Shown: positions 25,754 to 40,079, counted from the first letter of the stretch. The stretch is 64,000 nucleotides of DNA from Octopus sinensis (GCF_006345805.1 NC_043000.1:95914001-95978000), one strand, 5' to 3'. A program made the numbers and translations. The notes: generated by a model from the sequence alone, not told the origin.

Positions 25754-28700
25754 AACAGCAAACAAGATGAAGACAAATATCCATCAAATGTAAATAAAGT
25801 AGAATATGGAATTTGAGGAAGATTTAGTTACTATTTCTAGCAGATCAAGCTACCACATAGAGGAGCTCCTCAGTGGCTCTTGTATTCAGATTTTAACCTT
25901 TTGATACCAAACCATCTGAGACCACTCCTAGTTTTATGATACAAATTCCCTATTTTAAATTGATCTAAATTAAAACCTTTGATTAAAATTCCATTAATTT
26001 GTGTTCCAAACACCAGCTTCATAATAACAAAGTTGTTTCAATAGATTTTCAAATTTTCAAAATTAATTATAACAAAAGCAGTGTATTTTTAACAATTATG
26101 GAAAAGAAGGTGTTAAAATGATGATAACAACAACAACAATAATGGTGTTTTTAATATTAATTAATATTAATTCTTTGCAAATTTTATGCTAAATACCACA
26201 CGATTCAGATGAATGTGATTCTAGTGAAGGATATCTCTTGTGTGACTGTGATGCTTTTGTGTTATCAAGAAGACACACACACAAACATGTTTCTTCATAT
26301 TTCTTTCTATATATGGACCTGTTTTTTAAGGGAATTGAAGAAAGGGAGTTGTAATGTTCTGTCATTAACAATCTTAAGGTTTTTAGCAGCCGTGGTATAT
26401 CTTACACCAGGTCATAGATTTTATTAGTTTCTTACTCTGGCTCAAGCCTACAACTTTACAATTAAGAATAATGTGAATGTGTGACATTTATGCCTTATGT
26501 TGTTAATGCTAAAACCCTTAGGATTACTAAGTTGCTAATGCTAAGAATGTTAGCATCATAAAGTCATTAAAATGTGAAGGCTAGTGATGATCAGTACTGA
26601 CATAAATTGGTTCAGAAAGACAAACAAAAATATTTGCATGTTAGTAGGCCATGAGAAAAAAAAATGGTAGAAAGTTAATGTTTTGGGTGGATCCTTTCTT
26701 TAAAGAAAAGCAAAAATCTCTCCTTTGCTAATGAAAGATTCCATTTTAAAACATTTTTGTCTATTTTTCTCATGACACTAATATATATATATAGTTAGCA
26801 TATATTTCCATTAGCAATATAATAAAAATGAATTGATATTATCCAGGAATAGTCAACCTCTTACTTGTACAACATTCACTGTAGAATTATGTACTGAATT
26901 CATAATAAGTTGTTTATTTTTATTCTGATTTTAAATAAGTTTATTGTAACAACAGGAAAGCATGGTCCAGTGGTAAGAGAGTTGCACTCATGGTCACAAG
27001 ACCATGGTTTCAATTCCCAGACCACTTGTGTATTGTGTTTTTGAGCAAAACACCACACATAAGTGGTTTATTTTTATTCTGATTTTAAATAAGTTTATTA
27101 TAACGATATGAAAGCATGGCCCAGTGATAAGGGAGTTGCACTCATGATCACAAGACCATGTTTTCAATTCCCAGAACACTGGTGTGTTGTGTTTTTGAGC
27201 AAAACACTTCATTTTAATGTTTCTCTTGTTCACTCAGTTGTAAATAGGTAACCTTGCAACAGACTGGTGTCTCATTCAGGCACAATGTTCACCTGCCCAC
27301 TTCTCAGTGAAGTAGCATTATTCATAAGCAACAACTATGTGATCAAGCACATTGTGACCAATGGTTTGTAACAACATCTGATAATTTGCTGGATACAGTA
27401 TTACAGTGATTATATACTCTTAGTGTCATTTTAATTCTTGTTATTTAACCCCAAGTCAGTTCTGACTGAGAGATCTATGATGAAAGGCATTCCAGCTATG
27501 GTCCTCATTCTTTAGTTATCTTGAATCGAGAAATACTTGATTCAATGTGTCACTCCTTTTTAAAGATAGTTTGGTGTGTGATTAGAGAAAAATCCAACTA
27601 CTATTTTTAGCAGATTGAGCTCATAAGGTTTCTCAGATCAGTGGTGTCTTTTGTAGCAAAACACTTTATTTAATATTTCAGTTGTTCATTCAACTGTTAA
27701 CAGGTAGCCTTGTAATGGACTGGTGTTCTATGCAGGGGCAATGTTGGCTTCCTACCTAGCCAGTGTGGTGACATTATTAAAAAATGACAACAATGTGATG
27801 AAACACATTCTGACCAGAAATCCAACAACTATTTTTAGCAGGTTGAGCTCATAAAGTTTCCTTAGTGATTTTCCACCTAAGTGTTACATAATTTAACTGG
27901 CATGCTATTGATTAAGATGATGAGGGTTCCAGTTGATCCGATCACCAGAACGGCTTGCTCGTGAAATTAACATACAAGTGGCTGAGCACTCCACAGACAG
28001 ATGTATCCTTAACATAGTTCTTAGGGGGATTCAGTGTGATACAGAATATGACAAATCTGGCCCTTTGAAATACATTTTTGCCAACTAAGTGGACTGGAGC
28101 AATGTGAAATAGTGTTTTGCTCAAGGATACAATGCATCACCAGGAATTGAACTCACAACTTTATGATCATAAGCTGAATACCCTAATCACTAAGCCACAT
28201 GCCTTCACATAATGATAATGAGATACTGACTTACTTAAGTACCACAAAATTGTCAGATTGATTTTAACAGTAATAATTAGATGTGCTACAGGTTAAAATA
28301 TATAACTTGGGTGTGTTGTTATTGTAAAACAAATGGAAAATAAAGATAAATTGGCTTATATTTAATCTTGAAATGTAAATTTTTTACTGCTTCTCTGTCA
28401 AAATAGTTGTTTGTTAGCTAAATTTGAAATATGCAGCTTTAAAAAGACAAAGATTTTAGTATCAGAGTAGATTATTACTAAAAATTTTAGTGATTAAAAA
28501 ATAGCTATAAAAACAGTAAATCAGTATTTTAAGGAATTGGAATTAAGACGAAAGAATCTGAAAGATTCTCAGAGGCCTCCAAAGTATTCAACAAGCATAT
28601 GTTTGCACTAATGACTACAACCTTAATAAATTTGTAAAATTTTGGTATAATTACAAGCATTATTTATTTTTGTATTATTAGATAGTCTGAGAAAAAAGTT

Positions 28701-29129
28701 GTCCTGTACTCATTGAAGGATGTTTCCATGGTCTCTATGAATGGTGGTTGAGAGGGCAGCTAGGGATTTTACTAACTTACTTTACTTACAAATTTAGATG
28801 GGAAGGATGTGTTCAATTTATAATCAATTGCATTACTTCTCTGAGTCAATAAAATGGATCATGTTTGATCTATTTTACAGACCCAGGAAGGATGACTGTC
28901 AAAGTCATTCTTGGCTGGGTTTTAAAAGTACCATTAATAACATTCATTCTATTGCAAGTATTTGGACCAAATTTTTCTTGCAGACATTGACTTCCTAATT
29001 TCAGGATGGGTATAGTTGCATCACATTTATCTGGGTGTCTAGAAGAGTACCTGTCCTTCCACTTTTGACATTTTTTACTTACCTGAGGAAGGGCAACCTG
29101 CTTGACCCATTTTCTTTTCAGGGGCCCTG

Positions 29130-29640
29130 AATCTGGTGAGAGGAAGTTGGGTGATAGCTGTTCTCAAACCAGAGACTAGACCTTGATGCTTGCAACAGAA
29201 TGGACTACACTAAAGGCACTCCAAAGACCAGATGGTCATATTAAGCAGGTTAACACATTAAGTCTACCATCCAAGAACTCAGAACACAATGAGCTGGCAC
29301 AAATACTGTAAGGGGTCTTGTTTGATGCTCCAAGAATTTTGAGCAACTTTATACTAACCATTTGGGTGGGTATATTCTGGAAGTAGTCTTTGATGTCTTT
29401 TTGTCTAGCAGTGACACCATTGCAATTGTAAGAGCAATACTCCATTGTGGGCTTCACCTTGGCTTTGTAGAGTATTGATAATTATCAGGTGCTGAAGTAT
29501 TTTCTGGTCATGAAGAGACCTAGTCATTATGATGTAGTCTTAGCTATGTTAAATTTATCCTTTCACCAGGAGAGATTCTTAGGAGTAGTAAAACCTAGCA
29601 ATTGAAGCACTCTTAGAGGTTGTTGCTGAATGTTGTGCAT
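29130..29640 (-). mobile_element. Degenerate non-LTR (CR1/Jockey-like) RT C-terminal fragment
   Basis: LYKAKVKPTMEYCS resembles the LY..xVRPxMEY motif; multiple stops. Confidence 0.55.
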
Positions 29641-30056
29641 TAAGAGGGGTGTGGTGATGCAATGGATTATGTTTTTGTACTCTTAAAAGCTATTTAATTG
29701 TTATGTCCCTATTAAGGAAATTATTAAGGTCTCAAAAAATTATACACTGAGCAAAATAATATTTTAGTATTTATATTACTCTGTTAAACGTAACACTTAT
29801 TTATTCAGATTGTTTTTCATTAATCACGTATTATCTTCAAGAGTTCAATGCTGTGATTGTTTAATTTTAGAATCATATTATTGGATAGGTGTAAGAGGCT
29901 GGATCTGGCCAGTCTGAACATAAATTAGGTAGAATATTTGGGTCGGCTGTGGCCGGTTTAAATACTAAAGGGTTAAATATTTGCGGCAGGGAGTAATTTT
30001 CTTCTTTACAACTGTATTAAATCCTATACTAAGGTCAGAAATTAATGTCTTACTAG

Positions 30057-30218
30057 GAATCCCTACAACTCCACAGCTGGCTGAAGAGTATTATACCTCT
30101 GACTTTGAAGATGATGAAGATGAGGAGATGACGTTGTGTAACACTGTAAACGACACATGCCAGGACAGAGAAATGATGCTTAATTATCTTCAAAATGCTC
30201 TAAGTTACCCAGAAGATC
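30057..30218 (+). CDS. NEK11: NEK11-like exon (GIPTTPQLAEEYYTSDFEDDEDEE...MLNYLQNAL)
   Basis: Resembles human NEK11 EIPEDPLVAEEYY..EESDEEEE..LARCLENVL (from memory). C|GTAAGT donor, phase 1-1; in-frame alternative acceptor at 30038. Confidence 0.85.
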
Positions 30219-30591
30219 GTAAGTATTTAATATTTTGTTATCAGTAGTTCTATCTAGCCAAGGTTTACTGGTGTAGGGGGGTTAGAAAATTGTATATGAA
30301 TCCCACATACATGTGTGTGTGTGTGTGTTTGCATTTGTTTGTTAGCTACTTGGTGACCTCCCATTGCTGGTGCCACCAAAAAAAAAAACCCAGTACACTC
30401 TATAAAGTGGCTGGCATTAGGAAGGTCATCCATCTGTGGAAGTCGTACCAAAGCAGAGAGTAGGGTTTGGAACACTCCTCTGGCTCATCTGTTGCAGTTG
30501 AACCATCCAACCCATGCCAGCATAGAAAACAAATACTAAATGACAATGGTGATGATAGTATATACTTTCTTCCTTTCTTTCTTCCAATCAG

Positions 30592-30670
30592 AAAGCAACA
30601 CTTTAACAACTGACAATAGTGGAGCATTTGGACCTGAAGCTCGAAGTAACAGAATTAGAAATTTAAGACG
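30592..30670 (+). CDS. NEK11: NEK11-like penultimate coding exon (QSNTLTTDNSGAFGPEARSNRIRNLR)
   Basis: Pyrimidine tract plus CAG acceptor and CG|GTAACC donor; 79 nt, phase 1-2, bridging the neighbouring exons exactly. Confidence 0.85.
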
Positions 30671-32984
30671 GTAACCTTTTTAAATATTTTTACATTTATG
30701 TATTTGTTTTACAAGATTCTTGATGTGAAATTGCGTGTTGAAACAGATATTGTTATACTTAGGGATGGTCATATTTTTTGAGTTAAACATATGCACTTAT
30801 TATTATTTTTAGTTTCTTTGTCAAAACTCTTTCATCACACATCCTGTGACCTCTTCAGCAACTCTCTATCCCACTATTTATTAAATTATATTTTTAGTAG
30901 CATGGTGCAATTAATAAGCAGTAATCTCATAAGTCTTCAAGTGAGTAAAAATTTGGCTATGTCTGCACTAGTTGAACAAATGAACCCAGTGCTTTTTTCT
31001 AAGTCTGGTACTTATTCTATCAGTCTCTTTTGTGAACCCACCAAGTTATGGGGATGCAAACAAACCAACACTGGTTGTCAAGCAGTGGTGGGGGACAAAT
31101 ACAGACGCAAAGACAAACACACACACACACACCTGATAGGCTTCTTTCAGTTTCCGTCTACCAAATCCACTCACAAGGCTTTGGTTGGCCTGAGGCTATA
31201 GTAGGAAATGCTTGCCAAGGTGCTATGCAGTGGGACTGAACCTGTAACTATGTGGTTGGAAAGCAAACTTTTTACCACACAGCCATGCCTCCACCTATAG
31301 TTTTGATTTAAATTATCAGAGATTTTTCTAAATCCTTGTTATTTCATTTTATTCATGTTTCCTTCAGCAAAGCTCATTTAAATTTACTCAATCCTTTTCA
31401 TACCAACCCACTTGAGATCGCACCTGATTTTCATGATGCAAATTTCCTAATTAAAGTTATCTAAATTAAAACCTTCCTTCTAAAATTCCATGTTAATTTT
31501 GTGTTCCAAACTCCAGGTTAATCCTTTATCATTTAAACCAGTTATGTCCAGCCCAAAATATTCTACCTGTCTAATGTTCAAACCAGTCAGATCCAGATTC
31601 TCACACCTACTCTATAATGTCATTCTAAAAATATACAATCATATTATCAAAATCTTGAAGCTTTGAGATACTCTTTTACTCTTTTACTTGTTTCATTCAT
31701 TTGAGTGTGGCCATGCTGGGGCACCGCCTTTAGTCAAGCAAATCGACCACAGGACTTATTCTTTGTAAGCCTAGTACTTATTCTATCGGTCTCTTTGCCA
31801 AACCACTAGGTTACAGGGACGTAAACACACCAGCATCAGTTGTCATGCAATGTTGTGGGGAAAAACACAGACACACAAACACACACACACATATATATAT
31901 ATACATATATATATATACATATACATATATACGACGGGCTTCTTTCAGTTTCCATCTACCAAATCCACTCGCAAGTCTTTGGTCAGCCCGAGGCTATAGT
32001 AGAAGACACTTGCCCAAGGTGCCACGCAGTTGGACTGAACCTGGAATAATGTGGTTGGTAAGCAAGCTACTTACCACACAGCCACTCCTGCAATGCCTGA
32101 TTAATTCAAAACAATGTAGATAAATAATTATTATATTTGACAGAGTAATCTGAATGCTAAAGGATTAATAATGACAAAGTTACTTTATTAAATTCTTCAT
32201 TATTTCCAAAAATTATTGAAACAAAGGAAGTATATTTCAATAGAAATATGGTAACAAAAGTGTTAAATATTATTATGTGAAACTATAAATTCCAACCAAA
32301 ATAGCAAATAGCAAGAATGAAGGGGAGGAAATTATCAACAAAATTCCAGACAAATTGGATTTGTCTAAAATATGTAGAAAATATTTAAACTTGGTTTATA
32401 GTTTTATATTATATTATAGTTTCATAATCTGTATAACATAATGAAATTCAAGTAAACAATTAGTTTTAATTTACCTATAGAAAAAAAAAACAATTGGAAA
32501 TAGAGTTATATATTATTTTGTTTTACTCAAATAGATGCAGGCATGGCTATGTAGTTAAGAAGTTTACTTTAAAATCATGTGGATCCAGGTTCAATCTCCT
32601 AGTCTGGCACCTTCAGTATGTTCTGCTATAGCTCCAGACTGACTGATGACAATGCCTCATAAGTGAATTTGGCAGATGGAAGCTGTATGGAAGCCTGTTG
32701 TGTGTGTGTGTCTATATATATATATATATGAGTTCAGCAAAAATTTAGATTCAGATGAATATGGTACTTAAGTTGAGGCACCAGAATTTAGTATGGTATT
32801 ATCCAGATTAAAATCAAAATAAGTAACAAGGATATCCAGAAGTAATGCAGTACGATTGTTTCATGCAACTCCATTTAATTGAACAATGCAATCATTGCAT
32901 CAATTTAAAATGTAGAGCAATCTTCACCTGCACAAAGACATAGAATTTAATTAAATTAAAACAGATGGACACACTAATATAATT

Positions 32985-33410
32985 ATACCTAAAATCTGCA
33001 AGAAGTTGCTACACACAAAAACTATCTTCCCAGTTAGCCTTCCTTTGATATTGCAACACCACTTATGTAACCATAGCTTACACCAGGTACATCTTATGGA
33101 GTTTCTACCTACACCTTTTCTAAAGATCGAGCAGGGCCATCTTCCCAAAGGGATTTGTGGTTTGTCTGCCTTCCTACTTATTAAGACTTTGGTTTTTGCT
33201 AGATTAACTCTAAGGCCCTTCGATTCTAGACCTTGCTTCCACACCTGAAACTTCTCTAGTTTTGATAGTGACTCAGCTATGAGAGCCTGGTCATCAGCAT
33301 AGAGAAGCTCCCAGGGGCATCCTGTCTTGAATTCCTGTTATTGCCTGAAGGACTATGATGAATAAGTGGGAACTGAGGACTGATCATTGGTGGACCCCTG
33401 TTTGTGTATG
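32985..33410 (-). mobile_element. RTE RT internal fragment
   Basis: WKQGLESKGLRVNLAKTKVLISRK...GRWPCSI, as in the other RTE copies. Confidence 0.85.
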
Positions 33411-33796
33411 TGTATGTGCGTGTGTGTGTATTTATTCATACATATATATCCGTCTTTACATTCTGAGTTCAGATTCCCCTCAGCTTGACTTTGCTTTTCA
33501 TCCTTTCAGGGTTGATAAAATAAGTACTAGCTGAGCACTATGGGTCAATATAATTGACTAACCCGGTCCTCTAAAATTGCGGGCCTTGTGCCAAAATTTG
33601 AAACCATTATTATTACTGTTTCAGTATATTTTAGAAACAATACACAAAACCTTTGTAGCTTAGAAATTCTAACTCTGAAGAATTAACTCTTTAGCATATA
33701 TATGTTAGAGATAAAAGAGTTAATGGTAAGTATTTTCTTATATAATAACCCTGCTTATAATTTGAATCTTCATCATTTTCTTAACACTCTTTTCAG

Positions 33797-34004
33797 AGAA
33801 TGCAAGATAGCACTGGGACCAGAGATGTTTCAGAATGTTTACAAATATCTATGGCAAGTTCGCTTAAAGAAAATAAAAGAAACCTGTCTCAATGAAGAAG
33901 AGATGAAAGGTTTGCAGGAGATAGTGAAGGAAACAAACTATGGAATGATGGTGGAACAATTGATTTTCTTTGAAGAACAAGAGAACCCTGGAATGTTTAA
34001 ATAA
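33797..34004 (+). CDS. NEK11: NEK11-like last coding exon
   Basis: ECKIALGPEMFQNVYKYL...VEQLIFFEEQ resembles the NEK11 C-terminus ESAMQKLGTEVFEEVYNYL...VDQLLYFEEQ (from memory). TTTTCAG acceptor, phase 2; TAA at 34002-34004 overlaps AATAAA at 34003-34008. Confidence 0.9.
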
Positions 34005-36442
34005 TAAAGCAGATTGTTTTTATTAGACACATCATATGCTAGAAATAAACCCAGACATCAGATCCAATGGGTTCTACAGAACTATAAATTAGCTTGAAAT
34101 GTATGAGCTCATTCTCTTACCATTGTTTGTTCTTGTTCCAGATTCCCATTGGTTGTCCTTTGGTAACAACTTAATGTACAGATTTCACTGCTTTTGACTT
34201 ACCACAAATATGACTTTTGTAAAAACGAGTGTTAACAATTGAATTAATTGCAGTGTATTTTAGTGACTCATAATGAGTGAAAAGCCGTTGGCCTCAGCTT
34301 CTTAGAACATGTAGGTTCTAAACTCAATATTGTAATAAATAGTTTTATGGCCTATTATTGCTACCAACCTGATGTCATTATTTGCTTACAGGAGCTGATT
34401 TCCTTATGTACAATAATATCAAAGCTCATGTTTGGAGTATAGTAACCGCTAGCATAAAATAGTATGTGATTCTTCTGTCTTTTGATTCATTCTTGTACAT
34501 AATGAAGCGTATCTAAATCTGTAAAAAAAAAAAGTAAACCATCAAACAAACAAAAAACTGCACTATGGAAGAAGTCTGCTACCTGATATATAGATTTCAT
34601 AAAATAAAATATTCACTACTCTGTCTGAGATATGTATCAACTCATGAACATGAATTAAAACCAAAATCCATTGTGTTTTTGTCTCTATGTAAGACTCAAT
34701 CTGAATGCAAAGATTTTGTAGAGACTACAAGATTAAAATAGTGTTCAGGAGTAATACTAGATTTCACAGATCTTTTCACCAATGAAAATAACAACTACCC
34801 CAGTTAGATAAATTATTGTATTTATATTATTATATACATTTATTGAAAATCTTACAGAAGAGAAATAGAATTATTCCTAAAACCCAGAATAGAAGATAAA
34901 ATAATCTCTGATCACAAAAGAAATAAGTTACTACGGAATGTATCATGTAAGAAGGAGTCTTACATGCTATTTTGGAATGATTTTCCTTTATAAAGAAAAA
35001 AGACAATAAATAACCAATTGGGACATCATGAAGATCAAAGAACTGATGTATATAATGCTAAATTAAAACACAGCCAGCAAGCCCATAGCAAACTTCAGTA
35101 GAATACAATTGCCATTGCAGAAATAAGTTTAATAAGTTCAACTGCAGCATAGCGGTTAAAAGCTATTTTCATCTGTGTTAAAAAATAAATATCCTGAATT
35201 CAAATTTAGTATAGGGATAATGAATATTTGTAGAAATTCATTAGAGAATTGGTTTATTGAAATATAATACAGAACATGAAGACTATGAAAAATTAGGTGA
35301 ATACCTGGAAAATTTCATTTTTTATGCACATGCATTAAATGTAAACTTATAATGTGAAATTAAATAAATAGGTAATAAATAAAACCAAAAGCAATCACCT
35401 ATTGGGACTTGGGATTCATTACATTAGCTAATTTTACTATTAAACCTTTGCTATTTTCCATTTTTAATATCATATACTACATTTCAACTCATCTTTCTGT
35501 TATCCAAGCATGGCCTAAATTACTGGCACCAATAAACAGTGAGGAGCTGTCTCCATGCTAAATTCTGCATTTAGTTTTCTAATATACAACTTGGTAAGAA
35601 GAACTAACAAACAATTTGTTAACATTCTTAGAAACAAATATATTTGCATTTTATGATAAATGAATTAATTTACAAAGAAAAAAAAAAGAAAAAAAGAAAA
35701 ACAAAAGCTCAAATTATTCAAAGAATATACTTGTATATATAAACTGTAAATATATAGACCAACAAAAACAGAACAGAACTGTTTTATTTTGTTTTTAATC
35801 TTTATTTTCTTCATGAGAGCCAGGTGAAGCTTAAGCCTAATGAAATATCTTCTAATAAAATATTATTGAATTTAATCCTAATCTCAATTATATTATCTGT
35901 GAAATTTCTTTCACTCCACAAAATATTCCTGCTAAAGCTATTTTAAAACTAGCAAACTTACGAAGGCTCTTCCACATAAAAATAATTGCCTTCTTATATA
36001 TTAACATCCCTCTGCTAATAATTTTTATCTTCATCTGGAGCTCACAATTATTACTATACTAAATCCCCCAATTATACCTTACTCTTAATTATGCAAATGA
36101 TTATGAAATAAAACTTGTCTTTTATATTTAAAAAATGCTGTTTTATTGTTTACTTATCTTTGTTGTTTCAGCTTGTCTGCCAAATCACTATGTTATGGGG
36201 GACATAAATAAACCAATACCAGTTGTCAAGTAGTGGTAGGGGACAAAAAAAACAAATACATACATACACACACACACATATATATATATATACATACACA
36301 CATATATACATACACACACATATATATCATCATCATCATCGTTTAGCGTCCATTAAACGTTGATGATGATGATGTCCATGAGTGTAGTGGGTGCTTTTTA
36401 CGTGCCACTGGCACATGTATCACAACTACAATTTTCATTTGA

Positions 36443-36740
<298 letters not shown>

Positions 36741-36744
36741 ATAG

Positions 36745-36785
<41 letters not shown>

Positions 36786-36852
36786 CATATATATATATAG
36801 TAGTAGTAACAGAAAAGAGAAATTTCAATTATTCCCACATGGTGAGTTGTAA

Positions 36853-37160
36853 TGTATATAAGAAATTAAAAAAGGAAAATACACACACTTACATAGTTTT
36901 AATATAACTTTTAGTATATCGACCGGTTTCACTATCGCTATTCATGATATTATGTTTTACTTATTTGAATATATATTTTTTCTTAAGAAGAAATTTTGTC
37001 CATATTGTGTGTGATGAAATTCACTCGTGAATTTCTGAATGTCATCACACACAACACGGCCAAAATTATCATGAATAGCGATAGCGAAACCGGTCAATAT
37101 ATTAAAAATTATATTCAAACTATGTAAGTGTGCGTATTTTCCTTTTTTAATTTCTTATAT
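36853..37160. mobile_element. ~300-bp fold-back with two opposite-polarity variant hammerheads (36916-36950 minus; 37067-37099 plus)
   Basis: Outer arms are reverse complements with an inner hairpin; each arm has AUGAAUA-GC GAUA G(C/U)-GAAACCGGU-C. Confidence 0.75.
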
Positions 37161-37197
<37 letters not shown>

Positions 37198-37449
37198 GCA
37201 TATCTGGGCACAGGACTTCACAAACGTGTACAGAAAAAAAAATACGAATACATGGAATATGAACTATTTTTTCAAACAACAAAAGACACAAATGGAAATA
37301 TTTCCTATTTGTATCTTTCATTGAAATTTTTTTGTTGTACACGTTCATGGCATTCTGTGTCCACATATGCATATATATATATATTATTTATATTATTATA
37401 TGATTGAACACCATGCATCCTCTTCCAAGTAAGTTTTATATATATATTA

Positions 37450-38702
37450 TCTATTATATAAAATCCGTTCTGTCTGTGTGTGTGTGTGTGTGTCTTCTAG
37501 GAACTTGGGCATTCTCCATCTGATTGCGCTCAAATTTGATATGTAGATACCGACGCTATCAAGGCATGTATAAGTCTTGAAAAAATTACAAAGATCAATT
37601 CCAGATGAGAATGTGATCGATAAAGCCATGGGAACGTGCATTTGTACACATAAGTACATCAGCTGTTGGGAGCGATACTACACGTATGCGAGAAAATGCA
37701 CATGCAGTTTGCGCACAAGAAACCCGGCTGGCTTGAAAAAATGCCACAAAATGCAGTATATTTAAGAGACCAAAAAAGTAAGATGCAAAAGAGATATTTT
37801 CTTCAAACGTGGCATGAAGGAAGGAAAGACTATTTGGTTTCTCAAGACGTTTTTTTTTGCCTTAACTTCGTTTAACAAAATCAAAAATTTTATTGAAATA
37901 AAGGCATGCTTAATTATTTTTTAATGAAAAGAAAACACTGATTGCTTTTTATTCAGCAGATATGATTCAGCACCGTCCATTGGATGGGAGGGGGTGCGTT
38001 TTGCTCATCTATTGTATAAAATCCGTTCTGTCTGTCTGTGTGTGTGTCTTCTAGGATCTCAGGCATCCTCCATCCGATTGCGCTCAAATTTGATATGTAG
38101 ATACCGGCGGTATCAGGGCGTGTATAAGTCTTGAAAAATATTACAAAAATCGATTCCAGGTAAGAATGCAATCGATAAAGCCGTGGGAACGTGCATTTGT
38201 ACGCGCTAGTACATCAGCTGTTGCAATCAATACTACATGTACGCGAGAAAAATGCACGTGCAGTTTGCACAAAAAAATCATCATGCTTTTCCATCTAGAT
38301 TTACCTCCAGCTAACCCATTTGTATGCATCGTTTTTGTCCTGTTTTCTTCCGTCAACCTGCACGTAACTGCACCGTCCATTTTTTGTTGTTTTTGTACTG
38401 CTTAAAAGCACGTTTCTTTCCTGCCAAGCTTACTGTTTAAACCATGTTTGTGTTCTCCCAGTCAACAGCCTTATCATTACTGGTACTTTAAACTCTTCGG
38501 TTGCATATTTGTGTGAATAAAATCGTTTTTCTTTGGAATAGAAAAAACGTCTATCTTTATTTCTTGTTTTGCTGGTGTCTCAAATTTAGGTTAAATCAGT
38601 GTTTCTCAAAGGTGAGGCCTATGGGACAGTCGGACAAGTTGTTTTGAGAAAATTTGGTTTAAATGTTTGACAACTCAGCACCGTCCATTGGACGTTTTGC
38701 TC

Positions 38703-38703
<1 letters not shown>
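37450..38703 (+). mobile_element. Two head-to-tail non-autonomous Helitron-like units (37450-38006; 38008-38703)
   Basis: A|TCTATT(A/G)TATAAAATCCG start plus (GT)n in both units; each ends in a CGTCC-ATT-GGA(C/T)G hairpin and TTTTGCTC(G); the final end is followed by T. Confidence 0.6.
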
Positions 38704-38766
<63 letters not shown>

Positions 38767-39801
38767 ATATAATAATTATTTGAGGGAATAAAATCCAAAC
38801 TTACAAGGAAAAAAATTCAGTTTAGAAATACTAAATCAAATTTTACACAATATAATATATATATAAAAAATGAGAAAATTGTTAATTTTGAATTGATAAA
38901 AGGTGGTTTTTTCTAATTTTTTATATATATATATAGGGTGGGCCAAAAGTCATGCCCCAAAACATTTTATTTGATATCACATTATTATTATTCAGTACAC
39001 TGAAGGTAGCAAGCTGGCAAAACAGTTAGCATGCTAGGTAAAATGCTTTGCAGTATTTCCTCTGCCATTATGTTCTGAGTTCAAATTCTACTGAGGTTAA
39101 CTTTGCCTTCCATCCTTTTGGTGTTGATGAAATAAGGACCAGTTATGCACTGGGGTCGATATAATCAACTAGCCCCTTCCACCAAATTTTCAAGCCCTTG
39201 TACCAAGAGTAGAAATAATTATTATTCAGTTCAATTTAGAGTTTTAACCTTGATGTATGACTTTTGGCTCACCCTCTACATATACACACAATGGGCTTCT
39301 TTCAGTTTCTGTCTACAAAATCTATTTACAAGACTTTGTGAATGGATTTAGTAGACAAAAATTGAGTGGAAGACATTTGCTCAAGGGGTCACAGAGTAGG
39401 ACTGAACCCAGAACCATGTGGATGGGAAGCAAACTTCTTATCACACAGTATACTTGAGCCTGTATGTATGTGTGTAATTCTTTTCATCGTTTTACTTGTT
39501 TCAGACATTTGACTGTGGCCATGCTGGAGCACCGCCTTTAGCCAAACTAATTGACCCCAGGACTTATTCTTTGTAAGCCTGGTATTTATTCTATTTGGTC
39601 TCTTTTTGCTGAACCGCTAAATGATGGGGATGTAAACACAGCAACATCAGTTGTCAAGTGATGGTGGGGGTACAAACATAGACACACACATACATAATAT
39701 CTCTCTCACTCTCTCTAGGGAAAATTCACAAAAAAAAAGACGAAGACAGGTGGTGTAGACAACAAACAGATGTATTAGTTTAACGCTTGGGAAGTGAAAA
39801 A

Positions 39802-39839
39802 GTCTTTAACGTTTCGAGCCTATGCTCTTCCACAGAAAG
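39802..39839 (-). ncRNA. Minimal hammerhead, variant core CUGUGGA plus extra A (same family as 10469 and 4460)
   Basis: CUUU-CUGUGGA-A-GAGC AUAG GCUC-GAAAC GU-U-AAAG. Confidence 0.6.
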
Positions 39840-39902
39840 GAACTCAGAAAGAAACAAGGAGAGAAAATAAAGAATGTGTAGTGGCTAGCGATCTATCATG
39901 GC

Positions 39903-39972
<70 letters not shown>

Positions 39973-39988
39973 GTGAATATATATATGC

Positions 39989-40028
<40 letters not shown>

Positions 40029-40079
40029 AGATGAGAAAGTTGGTTTGTGAAAGCACGTGGTTGAATATATAGAAAGTAG

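Noticed and set aside
26209-26360. Acidic DECDSSEG segment as an optional NEK11 exon
   Set aside because: Weak acceptor, no donor, and it runs into a stop.
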